Source: Chloroflexota bacterium
GTDB lineage: Bacteria > Chloroflexota > Limnocylindria > P2-11E
Assembly: GCA_005889075.1 (NCBI GenBank)
Contig: VBDQ01000017.1
Span: 2,075 to 66,074 of the forward strand
Reading direction: 5' to 3'
Length of the DNA stretch: 64,000 nt
Numbering within the stretch: position 1 is the stretch's first letter; every line of letters begins with the position of its first letter. Below, in pieces: positions 26,199 through 35,212 of the stretch. The translations under genes were made by a program, and so were the position numbers. A model generated the notes under the pieces. That model was not told the DNA's origin, did not search any database, and saw nothing but the letters and a program-made list of their open reading frames with translations.

Positions 26199-27544
26199 CC
26201 GACGGCCTCCTCGGCGACCGGCGTCGCGCTGCTCATACCTTCGCCCGGCAGCGCGAGGCTCGGGATGGCGGCCGCGAACGCGGCGCCGGCGAGGACTCCG
26301 AACAGCACGCGGAGCTCGCTCGCGGTCGGCGCGCCCGCGAGCGCGATCGCGACCGCGATCGATCCGAGCATCCCGCCGAAGTACCTGCTCGTGGAGAAGA
26401 CGCCCGACGCCAGCGCGGCGTGACGCTCCTCGACGGCCTCGACCGCGGCGAGCCGCATCGCGGGAAACGTGAACGCGAGTCCGACACCGGCGAGCCCGAG
26501 CGTTGCGACGAGGAGCTCGAGCGGAAGAGCTGCGGCGGAGACCGCGAGCGGGATCAAGCCGATCGCCAGGACGAGCGCGCCGCCGAGGGTCGGCCAGCGT
26601 GGGCCGTAGCGGTCCGCGGCGCGCCCGCCGATCGGCGCGAACACGATCGACCCGCCAGAGAACGCGGCGAGCGCGATGCCGCTCCGCACGCTCGCGCCCG
26701 AGAGCGCGACCGGCAGCGCGAGCAGCGTTCCGTACATGGCGAGGTTCTGGAACGTCACCGTCGCGCATGCGGCCGCGAAGGGCCTGATCCGGAACAGCGA
26801 GGGCGGCAACGCGGCGTCGGGCTGGCGTGACTCGAACCGCGCGAGCATGACCGCGGCAGGCACGATCGCCAAGCCGATCGCGACGATCACCGGATCGAGC
26901 GCATGGCCGAGCGAGACGAGGACCCACGCTGCCGCGAGCAGAAGGACACCGAGGCCGACCGCCCCGGCGAGGTCGAAACGCGCGGTGACGCGAGGCGCGC
27001 GCGCGGGCAGCACGCGCCACGCCGTCACGAACGCGGTCGCGCAGACCGGCACGTTCACGAGAAAGATGAAGCGCCAGTCGATGGCCGCGAGGAGTCCCCC
27101 GACAAGCGGGCCGACGGTCGCGCCAACGCCCGACGCCGCGCTCACGATGCCGAACTCCGCGCCACGCCGGCCCGGGGGCAGGGCCTCGCGGAGCAGTCCG
27201 AGACCGTTCGGGACCAGCGCCGCGGCGGCGATCGCCTGATTCAACCGGAAGACCGCGAGGGCGAGGATCGACGGAGCGACCGCCGCACCCACCGATGCCA
27301 GCGCGAAATACACAAGTGCGCCGAGCATCACGCGCTTGCGGCCGAAACGATCGCCGATCTTGCCGGCGATCGGCTGCAGCGAGGCCATCGCGATGAGGTA
27401 TGAGGTCACGATCCAGGATGTCGCCGCGACGTCGACGCCGAGGTCGCGCGCGACCTGAGGCAGCGCGACGACGATCATCGTGGAGTTCAGCGGCACCAAC
27501 AGGTTGCCGATGGCGACCGAGATCGCGAGCCAGCGCGCGCTCAC
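26195..27544 (-). CDS. MFS transporter (DHA2/EmrB-like drug:H+ antiporter type)
   Basis: LNSTMIVVALPQVARDLG...GKIGDRFGRKRVML is the MFS motif A region. About 14 TM helices. The 3-prime end overlaps the convergent phosphotransferase gene by 4 nt. Confidence 0.85.
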   Translation of the reverse strand: MSARWLAISVAIGNLLVPLNSTMIVVALPQVARDLGVDVAATSWIVTSYLIAMASLQPIAGKIGDRFGRKRVMLGALVYFALASVGAAVAPSILALAVFRLNQAIAAAALVPNGLGLLREALPPGRRGAEFGIVSAASGVGATVGPLVGGLLAAIDWRFIFLVNVPVCATAFVTAWRVLPARAPRVTARFDLAGAVGLGVLLLAAAWVLVSLGHALDPVIVAIGLAIVPAAVMLARFESRQPDAALPPSLFRIRPFAAACATVTFQNLAMYGTLLALPVALSGASVRSGIALAAFSGGSIVFAPIGGRAADRYGPRWPTLGGALVLAIGLIPLAVSAAALPLELLVATLGLAGVGLAFTFPAMRLAAVEAVEERHAALASGVFSTSRYFGGMLGSIAVAIALAGAPTASELRVLFGVLAGAAFAAAIPSLALPGEGMSSATPVAEEAVG

Positions 27545-27553
27545 CTCGCGATG

Positions 27554-28207
27554 CTAGGCGGCGCCACGACCCACGAATGGGACCAGCATGCCGACATCGC
27601 GCGCGTAGGCGTCGTACCGCGGACCGAGCTCGTCCCGCAGCAGACGCTCCTCGGTACGTGCACGTAGGTAGAGCAGCGGAAAGGTGACGACGAGCGAGCC
27701 CGCGACGAGCACGACATTGCCGGTCGCGAGCCACGCGCCGACGGTGTGGACGATGAAGCCGGTGTAGATCGGGTGCCGTACGAACGCGTACGGTCCCGAA
27801 CGCACGAGCTCGTGATCCTCATGGACTTCGATCTCGAGGTCGAAGTGCCGGCCGATCGTGGCGAGCGCCCACAGCGCGAAGACGATCCCCAGCACCGTCA
27901 GGGCGATCCCAGCGGCAAAAACCGGTGTCGGCGCCGCGAGCTCCGGGCCCACGTGGTACGCGACGACCGCGTACGGTACCCAGAGGAATGCGGGCGCCCA
28001 CTGCGCGATGCCGCTCGCCGCGCGAGTTCGTGGCCCGCGATTGGAGCGCGCGCGGCCGAGCACGAGCTCGGCGGTGACGACGTAGACGCCGAAGGACGCC
28101 ACGACCACGAAGGGGGTCGCGCCGTCGGGCCCCACCGCGTCGCTTATCGCCCGTGCGAGCACGGCGATGAACCCGACCGCGGCGAGGAGCGCGAGCGAGC
28201 GCTTCAC
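27554..28207 (-). CDS. isoprenylcysteine carboxyl / phospholipid methyltransferase family membrane protein
   Basis: Trimmed to GTG 28207 (GTGA overlap with the DUF72 stop). LVRSGPYAFVRHPIYTGFIV is the ICMT/PEMT signature. Multi-TM. Confidence 0.75.
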   Translation of the reverse strand: MKRSLALLAAVGFIAVLARAISDAVGPDGATPFVVVASFGVYVVTAELVLGRARSNRGPRTRAASGIAQWAPAFLWVPYAVVAYHVGPELAAPTPVFAAGIALTVLGIVFALWALATIGRHFDLEIEVHEDHELVRSGPYAFVRHPIYTGFIVHTVGAWLATGNVVLVAGSLVVTFPLLYLRARTEERLLRDELGPRYDAYARDVGMLVPFVGRGAA

Positions 28208-28959
28208 CGGAGCGCGTCGCGGAGCCGCTCGGCCGAGAGCGCGTTGGCGCCGGTGTCGTCGTGGCGGAAGTACGCGTAGACGTCCCGGCCGTCCGCCAGA
28301 TGTGAACGGAGCCGCGACGTCCACGTGTCCACGGCGGCGTCCGGATAACCAGCGCGGTCGCGCAGGCGCACGTACGCGAACGGCGCGGTACTCCCGAGTG
28401 TCTCGACCGGAGACGGCACGCGCTCGCCCTCGGCGTGCACGAGCGCGACGCCCGCCGTGCGTAGCAGCTCGTACACGTCGTCGACGTACCACGATGCATC
28501 GCGGACCTCGAGCGCGGAGCGACGCTCGCGCGGCAGCGAAGCGAGGAACATCGCGAGGCGATCGTCGTCGCGCTTGAGCCACGGCGGCGTCTGGAACAGG
28601 ACCGGCCCGAAGCGCTCGCCGAGGGGCGCCGCGCGCTCGAAGAAGAGCGGGACCGTCTCCGCGGGATCGCGGAGCTGGCGGACGTGCGTGATCTGCTGCG
28701 AGGCCTTGAGCGCGAAGAGGAAGTCCGGCGGCGTCGCGTCCTTCCACGTCGCGATGTTCTTCTCCGTTGGCAAGTGGTTGAACGTGTAGTTCACCTCGAG
28801 CGTCGAAAAGCGAGTCGCGTAATACCTGAGGAAGTCCTTTGACTTGATCTCGGCCGGGTAGAACGTCGGCTTCCACGTCGCGTATGCCCAGCCGCTGGTG
28901 CCCACATAGGCGTGCCCTGGGGTGATGGAGGGGGCAGCGCCCCCTCCAATCTCAGGCAT
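28204..28959 (-). CDS. DUF72 (YecE-like) family protein
   Basis: VGTSGWAYATWKPTFYP...LRYYATRFSTLEVNYTFNHLP...PDFLFALKASQQITH is typical DUF72. The start may be GTG 28905 rather than ATG 28959. Confidence 0.8.
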   Translation of the reverse strand: MPEIGGGAAPSITPGHAYVGTSGWAYATWKPTFYPAEIKSKDFLRYYATRFSTLEVNYTFNHLPTEKNIATWKDATPPDFLFALKASQQITHVRQLRDPAETVPLFFERAAPLGERFGPVLFQTPPWLKRDDDRLAMFLASLPRERRSALEVRDASWYVDDVYELLRTAGVALVHAEGERVPSPVETLGSTAPFAYVRLRDRAGYPDAAVDTWTSRLRSHLADGRDVYAYFRHDDTGANALSAERLRDALR

Positions 28960-30568
28960 GGTGCTGGCCGAGGACGGCGTACGCGATGCCAGTCACGAGC
29001 GAGTTCGCGCGCTTGAGCGCGGCGAGCATGTCGAGGTGGATGCTTGACGTGTCGATGGACTCGCGCAGGCCCGAGTGCAGCCGGGCGATGTGCGTCTGGC
29101 GGAGCTGCCGCTCGAGCACGTTCACGTTCCCCTTGTGGCGGATGACCTTCTCGGCGATCTCGCGGTCGCCGGCCGCGAGCGCGGCCATCGAGAGCTCGAT
29201 GTTCTCCACGACCTTCGCGTGAAGGTCCGCGATCTCCCGCCAGCCCTCCGCGGAGAAGACGTGGTTCCCGCGGATCTTCTTGTCGGCGAGCTCCATGAGG
29301 TTCTTGTCGATCACGTCGCCGATCTCCTCGAGGTTAACGATGACGAAGATCAGCGCGGTCTCGCGCTCCGCCTGGTCCTCGGTGAGCGAATGCTCGCGGA
29401 GCTTCACGAGGTACTGCTTGATGTCTTCCTCGAGACGATCGATGAGGTCGTCTCGCGCGATGACCTCGCGCATCAGCGCCTCGTCGTTGCGCTCGAACAC
29501 GACGAGCGTGTCGCGCAGCGACTGCACGACGACGTCACCCATGCGCAGGACCTCCCGGAGGGCTTGGCCCAGCGCGACCGCCGGCGTGTCCAGCACTTGC
29601 GGGTTGAGATAGATCGCCCCGCCCTCGGCGCGCCTGGTCTCGGGGATGAGCCGCGTGAACACGTCCGCCGCGAGACCGGCGAAGGGAAGGAAGATCAGCG
29701 CGAGGACGACGTTGAAGATCGTGTGCGCGTTGGCGATCTGGCGCTGCACGTCGGACGCCGTGGCGCGGACGAGATCACCGAAAGGGCCGACGAACGGAAG
29801 GAAGATGGCGACCCCGATGAGCTTGAACGCGACGTGCGCCGCGGCGACGCGGCGCGCTTCGGCGTTCTGACCGACCGCCGCGAGCGCGGCGGTCGCGGCG
29901 GTCCCAACGTTCGCGCCGAAGATCACCGGGATGGCACCCTGGAGCGGCATGAGACCGGCGGCCGAGAGCGACAGGGCGAGACCGATCACCGCGGCGCTCG
30001 AGCGCACCAGCCCGGTGAAGATCGCCGAAAGCAGGACGAGGAGCAGCGGCTGCGCGGTGAGGGAGCTCAGGAGATCGGCGAAGAGCGCGCTCTGGGCGAG
30101 CGGAGCGGTCCCGTCGCGCACGAGCTTCATCCCGAGGAAGAGGAATCCGAAGCCCAGAATGGCCTGCCCGACGTAGCGCCAGGTTCCGCGACCGGTCACG
30201 AACAGGAACCATCCGAGGAACACGACGAGCGGGGACACCTCGAGCAGGTCGAACGCGAGAAGCTGCACGGTCACCGTGGTCCCGATGTCCGCGCCGAGGA
30301 TCACCCCGATCGTTTGCCGCAGCGTGAGCAGTCCCGCCGACGCGAAGCCGACAAGCATCACCGTGGTCGCGCTCGACGACTGGAGGACCGCGGTGACGCC
30401 GGCGCCGACGAGGAGCGCGCGGACGCGATCGCCGGTGAGCGTCGAGAGGATGTGCCGAAGACGCGTGCCGGCGGCGCGCTGGAGGCCCTCGCCGACGAGG
30501 TGGACCCCGTAGAGGAGGAGCGCGGTACCGCCGAGGAGCGCGAAGAGGACCAGGTCTGCCTCGCTCAC
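28952..30568 (-). CDS. Na+/phosphate cotransporter (NptA/YjbB-like) with C-terminal PhoU-like domain
   Basis: Duplicated Na/Pi-cotransporter membrane repeats (LLYGVHLVGEGLQ, SSSATTVMLV, SSAAVIGLAL). The helical C-terminus carries PhoU-like repeats. Confidence 0.85.
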   Translation of the reverse strand: MSEADLVLFALLGGTALLLYGVHLVGEGLQRAAGTRLRHILSTLTGDRVRALLVGAGVTAVLQSSSATTVMLVGFASAGLLTLRQTIGVILGADIGTTVTVQLLAFDLLEVSPLVVFLGWFLFVTGRGTWRYVGQAILGFGFLFLGMKLVRDGTAPLAQSALFADLLSSLTAQPLLLVLLSAIFTGLVRSSAAVIGLALSLSAAGLMPLQGAIPVIFGANVGTAATAALAAVGQNAEARRVAAAHVAFKLIGVAIFLPFVGPFGDLVRATASDVQRQIANAHTIFNVVLALIFLPFAGLAADVFTRLIPETRRAEGGAIYLNPQVLDTPAVALGQALREVLRMGDVVVQSLRDTLVVFERNDEALMREVIARDDLIDRLEEDIKQYLVKLREHSLTEDQAERETALIFVIVNLEEIGDVIDKNLMELADKKIRGNHVFSAEGWREIADLHAKVVENIELSMAALAAGDREIAEKVIRHKGNVNVLERQLRQTHIARLHSGLRESIDTSSIHLDMLAALKRANSLVTGIAYAVLGQHHA

Positions 30569-30588
30569 GTGGTCGCGAGGCTAGCCGG

Positions 30589-31656
30589 TTAACGCGAGAC
30601 CGTCAGCGTTGCCTTCCCCGAAGCGCCGCCGCCGAGGACGACGATGGTGATCTCGCCTTGGGTCGTCGGAGCCGCAAATCCGATCCGGGCGATGCCGGTC
30701 GCGTCGGTGGTCGCGCTCGCGATGGGCACCGCACCGAGGGAGAGGGTGAGGGGGACGCCCGCCCGCGGTCCGTTCGCGTCCCGCAAGGTGATCGTCGCGA
30801 ACACGCCCTGCCCTGGACGCACCGACGTGCTGCTCATCGCCACCGTGAGGGTCAGACCGCCTGCCTGCGTTAGTGGCTGCGCGACGACGTTCAGCTTCTC
30901 CGTGGTCTCGTTGCCTGCGCGGTCGCGCGCGACGACCGTGATGACGAGCGGACCGGCGGACGCGTTCGTGGAGTCCCTGAAAGAGCCATCGGGCAGGACG
31001 ATCACGCTTCGGCCGTTGATGGTGAGCGTCGCACCGACTTCGGTCGTGCCACGGACGACGACGTTCGCCGCGTCGACGGTCGCATCCGGCTGGGGCAGCG
31101 CGATCGTCAGCGTCGGGGGCGTTCGATCGAGCGTCACCGAGTACGACGACGTCGCGACCACATCATGGTTATCGACGAGAACGATGCTGATCGTGTTCGC
31201 ACCTTCCTTGAGCGCAAGCGCGCCGTTGAACGTGCCGGCTTCCTCGATCGGGTTCGTCGCGATCACCGCCCCGTTCAGCACGATCTGCACGCTGCGCCCA
31301 GGTTGGATGGCGAATCCGGGAACGCGCCCGGCGAACTGCAGCTGCGGATCGCGCGTGAAGAGAGGCAGACCCTCGACGATCGGCGCTGCGCCCACCGGCG
31401 CTGCCGCACCGCCTGCGGGAAGCTGGATCGTCGATTGCCCCTGCAGGAGCGGGATCGCGGATTGCACCGACGCGAGCAGCTGATCGACACCGGTGCCGAC
31501 GCCGGCCTCGACGCGCGGGAGCGCGACGAATGCCGTGAGCACGAGGACGGCGACCAGCGCGCTATCGAGAGCAAGCAACCGCGTGCGGCGCGCTATCCCC
31601 GCCGTGCGCGCAGCCGCCCGATAGCGGTCGCGCTCGACGGGTTCGCGACGGGGCAT
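30589..31656 (-). CDS. membrane-anchored protein with bacterial Ig-like domains
   Basis: Arg-rich N-terminus and one TM helix (LLALDSALVAVLVLTAFVAL). It is followed by beta-rich T/V/A/G segments (VTLDRTPPTLTI, VVARDRAGNETT) typical of Big-type domains. Confidence 0.55.
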   Translation of the reverse strand: MPRREPVERDRYRAAARTAGIARRTRLLALDSALVAVLVLTAFVALPRVEAGVGTGVDQLLASVQSAIPLLQGQSTIQLPAGGAAAPVGAAPIVEGLPLFTRDPQLQFAGRVPGFAIQPGRSVQIVLNGAVIATNPIEEAGTFNGALALKEGANTISIVLVDNHDVVATSSYSVTLDRTPPTLTIALPQPDATVDAANVVVRGTTEVGATLTINGRSVIVLPDGSFRDSTNASAGPLVITVVARDRAGNETTEKLNVVAQPLTQAGGLTLTVAMSSTSVRPGQGVFATITLRDANGPRAGVPLTLSLGAVPIASATTDATGIARIGFAAPTTQGEITIVVLGGGASGKATLTVSR

Positions 31657-31980
31657 GCCAAGACGGCTGATCAGATGTGCGCCCTTCCTCGCTCATGACT
31701 TTATTTGGCCCATGGCGTCCGCTTCGCGTCAGGTTGGCCTCGGATAGCGAAAGGGCGCCGGCCTGGTGGCCGCCGCCCTCCGCTGGTGGGTGGGATGAGG
31801 GGCTAACAGCGTTAGCGCGCGTCTTCTAGGTAACGCGCGTTTGTGACGGTTGTTTCGTCCTCCCCGGACGGTATAGACCGCCTGACCCGTCCGGTCGCGA
31901 CTTTACCCCCGCCCCGTTGCGCTCGCAAGTCCTGCCTTCCCTGACCATCGGGCTGGCCCCAGAACTGGGCTGGCGAGGGT

Positions 31981-33156
31981 ATGCGACACTCGATTTTGGT
32001 GGCAGTCGAAGGGTCAAAGGCCGCCCCCAAGGGTCTTGAGGGCGTTGTCGCGACGACCACGGCGATCTGCTCGGTTTCCGACAACTTTCTCCAGTACCGG
32101 GGCTACCGGATCGAGGAGCTGGTCGGGAAGGCGGAGTACGAAGAGGTCGCGTACCTGCTTCTCAACGGCGAGCTTCCGAACAAGGAAGAGCTGCGCGACT
32201 TCAAGGCCGAGCTCACGAAACATCGAACGCTCTCTCCCTTCCTCCGCGGTCTGCTCCAGGAGATGTCGGAGACCGGCACCGGCATGGACGTTCTCCGCAC
32301 CGTGGTCTCGGCATCGGCTGCGGAAGATCCTGGTGAGGGAGACAACTCGCGCGAGGCCGAGTACGCGAAGTCCATCCGTCTGACCGCCAAGCTTCCGACG
32401 ATCCTCGCCTCGTACATCCGGCGCCGGCGCGGCGAGCAGCCGGTCCCGCCTGACCAGACGCTCGGGCACGCGGCGAACTTCGTGAAGATGGCGGGCCTCG
32501 ACGCCAACCCGCGCGCGGCCGAGATCCTCAACGCCTGCTTCATCCTGCAAGCCGAGCACGGGCTCAACGCGTCGACGTTCACCGCGCGCGTCGTCGCGGG
32601 CACCAACGCGGACATGCACGCGGCGGTGACCGCTGCCTTCGGCGCCCTCAAGGGTCCACTGCACGGCGGGGCAACCGACGGGACGATGAAGATGCTCGAC
32701 GAGATCGGCTCACCCGACCACGTCGACTCGTTCGTCGACAAGGCGATCGCGCAGAAGTACAAGTTCTCAGGGTTCGGGCATCGCGTGTACCTCACCGAGG
32801 ATCCCCGCGCGAAGTTCCTCCGTCGCTACGCGATCGAGCTGTCGAAGGAGTGGAAGGGCAAGCCGTATTTCGAGATCCAGGAGCGCCTCGCGAAGGCGAT
32901 CGCCGAGCGCCGCGCCAAGATGTCGCCCGCCGCGGCTGCGAAGGTGAACGTCGTGAACGTCGACTACTACGCGGCCACCACGTACACGTTCCTCGGCATC
33001 CCGGCGGACCTCGGTACGTCGATCTTCGCCGTCGGGCGGATGGCTGGCTGGTGCGCGCACGTGATGGAGCAGCACGCCGACAACCGCCTGATCCGGCCCG
33101 AGTCCGAGTACACCGGGCCGAATGGAAAGCGCTGGGTCCCGCTCGCCGAGAGATAA
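31981..33156 (+). CDS. gltA: citrate synthase
   Basis: ATG 31981 is preceded by GAGGG. GLEGVVA...LQYRGY.IEEL...GPLHGGA...GFGHRVY...DPRA are canonical citrate synthase blocks. Confidence 0.93.
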   Translation: MRHSILVAVEGSKAAPKGLEGVVATTTAICSVSDNFLQYRGYRIEELVGKAEYEEVAYLLLNGELPNKEELRDFKAELTKHRTLSPFLRGLLQEMSETGTGMDVLRTVVSASAAEDPGEGDNSREAEYAKSIRLTAKLPTILASYIRRRRGEQPVPPDQTLGHAANFVKMAGLDANPRAAEILNACFILQAEHGLNASTFTARVVAGTNADMHAAVTAAFGALKGPLHGGATDGTMKMLDEIGSPDHVDSFVDKAIAQKYKFSGFGHRVYLTEDPRAKFLRRYAIELSKEWKGKPYFEIQERLAKAIAERRAKMSPAAAAKVNVVNVDYYAATTYTFLGIPADLGTSIFAVGRMAGWCAHVMEQHADNRLIRPESEYTGPNGKRWVPLAER

Positions 33157-33227
33157 CGGACCACTAGTACTTTCGTCGCTGTCAAATCGGACGCCACCGC
33201 GCGGCTTTACAGAGGACACTTTCGTGC

Positions 33228-34016
33228 GTGCGCGCTGTCTCGGTGGCGCTCGCCGCCGGCTTACTTGCCTCCTGCGCGCCGCTTCCTGTGGGCGCGACTC
33301 CGGAGCCGTCGAACGACGCGCCCAACGCCCGAGGCGCGGCGCGCCCGGAGATCTCGCCGACGCCTCTTGCGGTCTTCAAGCCGACGCCGGTCCCGACGCG
33401 CGACCCGCTCGCGGTCGTAGGCGATCGGCTGACGATCGCGGCCGGCGATTTCGATTGCGACGGCCGGCCAGACCAGCTCGAGTTCTTCAACCTCGCCGGC
33501 CCGGCGACCATCGCTCTTCCGACCCTCGCGCGGTTGACGTTGGCGGCAGGCGCCGTCCACGAGCTGGCGGTCGATGGACAGCCCGACGTGAGCCCGTTCG
33601 TCGGGATCGCCGACGTGAACGGCGACGGCTGCGATGACGCGGTCGTCGCTGTCGGACACGGCGCGTCGACGACGTGGACGAGCTTCGTGGTTTACGACGG
33701 GGCGGATCTCCGGCGCGTCGAGGAAGACGGAGCGCCGGTGATGTTCCTGTTCGGCGGTTCGGTCCGGCACGGTAATGCCATCGAGTGCCGCAGGACGAAG
33801 GACGCGCCGGAGATCATCGCGCGAGGCGTCTCGGACTACACCTCTGACTACAACTGGGACCTCGTCGAGGACGTCCACCGGTGGTCGACGAAATCGCGCC
33901 TGGTGCTCTGGTCGAGGACCGCGACCGTGATTGCGGTGAGCACGCGCTTCGCGATGCCGCCGAACAGCGATCGCTACTGGGGCTTGGACTGCGGAGCGCT
34001 CAAGTTCGGCGGCTGA
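33228..34016 (+). CDS. lipoprotein with FG-GAP-like repeats
   Basis: MRAVSVALAAGLLASC lipobox. DFDCDGRPD and DVNGDGCDD loops. Confidence 0.65.
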   Translation: MRAVSVALAAGLLASCAPLPVGATPEPSNDAPNARGAARPEISPTPLAVFKPTPVPTRDPLAVVGDRLTIAAGDFDCDGRPDQLEFFNLAGPATIALPTLARLTLAAGAVHELAVDGQPDVSPFVGIADVNGDGCDDAVVAVGHGASTTWTSFVVYDGADLRRVEEDGAPVMFLFGGSVRHGNAIECRRTKDAPEIIARGVSDYTSDYNWDLVEDVHRWSTKSRLVLWSRTATVIAVSTRFAMPPNSDRYWGLDCGALKFGG

Positions 34017-34615
34017 TCCGGGTTGCGCTGGCGGTCGCCGGCGCCGCTCTCCTCGGTCTCGCGGTAGTCGCCGGTCTCTTCGTCATCTTCGACAACGACA
34101 ACCCGGTGCACGAGCTTCTGACGAACGATCGCGCCGAAGCGCGCGTCGACGCGTATCTCGGCGCGATCATGCGCGGCGACGAGTACACGGCGCTCGCGCT
34201 CTGGCAGCTCGATGAGAAGGTGACGCGAGCCGGAGTGCCAGACCGCCGAATGGCAGTCACCGGCGTGCTCATCAGCGCGCGGCCGACCGCGTATCGCGTC
34301 CTCAAGACGGAATGGTGGACGACGTGCTGCGATCCGCACCTCGTCGACGGCCCGCGCAACGCAGGACTCGCACGGATCCAGGTGGCGATCGATGGCGCCG
34401 ATACCTACGTCTTCGATGTTCTGACGCACGACACCGTCTATTGGGGTGACGCGGCAGGGAATCCGCCGCACAACTGGACGCTGCGTGACGTGTACCGATC
34501 CGGAGATCGGCCGCTGTTCTTCTTGCGGGCCCTCAGTCAAGGCGGTATGCTGGCATACCATGAAGCGAACGACCATAAAGCTGCCCGATCAGCTCGACGC
34601 GCGCCTCCGACATGA
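34013..34615 (+). CDS. membrane-anchored hypothetical protein, probable CTG start
   Basis: The track gives 33881..34615. The first 44 codons overlap the upstream gene and have poor third-position GC. There is no ATG/GTG/TTG between 33881 and the TM helix. CTG 34013 overlaps the upstream TGA (CTGA) and would give MIRVALAVAGAALLGLAVVAGLFVIF. Confidence 0.4.
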   Translation: MIRVALAVAGAALLGLAVVAGLFVIFDNDNPVHELLTNDRAEARVDAYLGAIMRGDEYTALALWQLDEKVTRAGVPDRRMAVTGVLISARPTAYRVLKTEWWTTCCDPHLVDGPRNAGLARIQVAIDGADTYVFDVLTHDTVYWGDAAGNPPHNWTLRDVYRSGDRPLFFLRALSQGGMLAYHEANDHKAARSARRAPPT

Positions 34616-34793
34616 GGCCGAGCGGCAGCATCGGACGATCTCAGAACTGACTCGAGAGGCGATCGAGCTGCGCTACGGCAGCTCTCCACGTCGCCTTATC
34701 GCGGCGAAGGCCGGCCGAAGCGGGCAGCGTGACGTGGCGCGGAAGATCGAACAAATCTTGCGCGTGGAGCTCGGCGCGTCGCGCTCCTCATAG
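34560..34793 (+). CDS. vapB: ribbon-helix-helix (CopG/VapB-type) antitoxin
   Basis: ATG 34560. MKRTTIKLPDQLDARLRHEAERQHRTISELTREAIE is the classic RHH N-terminus. It lies directly upstream of a PIN gene. Confidence 0.75.
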   Translation: MKRTTIKLPDQLDARLRHEAERQHRTISELTREAIELRYGSSPRRLIAAKAGRSGQRDVARKIEQILRVELGASRSS

Positions 34794-35191
34794 ATTCGGG
34801 CCCGCTTTACGCATACGTCGACGAAGACGATGTCGATCACGAGACGTGTCTCGAGCTGCTCACCTCGCACGCCGGCCCTCTCCTTGTGCCGCAGCTGGTC
34901 ATCACTGAAGTCGCCTATCTCATCGCAACACGACTTGGTGTGAGTGCGGAAGTCCGATTCATCGGCGACCTTGCTTCCGGCACTCTCATTTCCGAGCCGG
35001 TTCGGGTCGATGACTGGCTTCGCATCGCCGAGCTCGTGGCGAGATATGGCGATCTGCCCCTTGGGACGGTCGATGCATCGCTGGTCGCCGCAGCTGAGCG
35101 CATGGACATCAAGGCGATTGCGACCCTGGACAGACGCGACTTTGCCGTCGTGCGGCCGAAGCATGTGACAGCGTTCGAGTTATTGCCCTAG
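34790..35191 (+). CDS. vapC: PIN-domain (VapC-type) toxin; N-terminus has no canonical start codon
   Basis: The frame is open from 34733. IDSGPLYAYVDEDD (first PIN acidic residue), VITEVAYL and DASLVAAAERMDIKAIATLDRRDF are PIN blocks. The first ATG/GTG/TTG is GTG 34886, after the first catalytic Asp. ATA 34790 overlaps the antitoxin TAG. Confidence 0.65.
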   Translation: MDSGPLYAYVDEDDVDHETCLELLTSHAGPLLVPQLVITEVAYLIATRLGVSAEVRFIGDLASGTLISEPVRVDDWLRIAELVARYGDLPLGTVDASLVAAAERMDIKAIATLDRRDFAVVRPKHVTAFELLP

Positions 35192-35212
35192 TCGCCGACA
35201 CGCGTAGTCGAG

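Noticed and set aside
31695-31829. 45-codon plus-strand ORF (MTLFGPWRPLRVRLASDSERAPAWWPPPSAGGWDEGLTALARVF) in the gltA upstream gap
   Set aside because: A/T-ending codons at the start, Trp/Pro/Arg-rich composition and no Shine-Dalgarno. It looks like a chance ORF across hairpin sequence.
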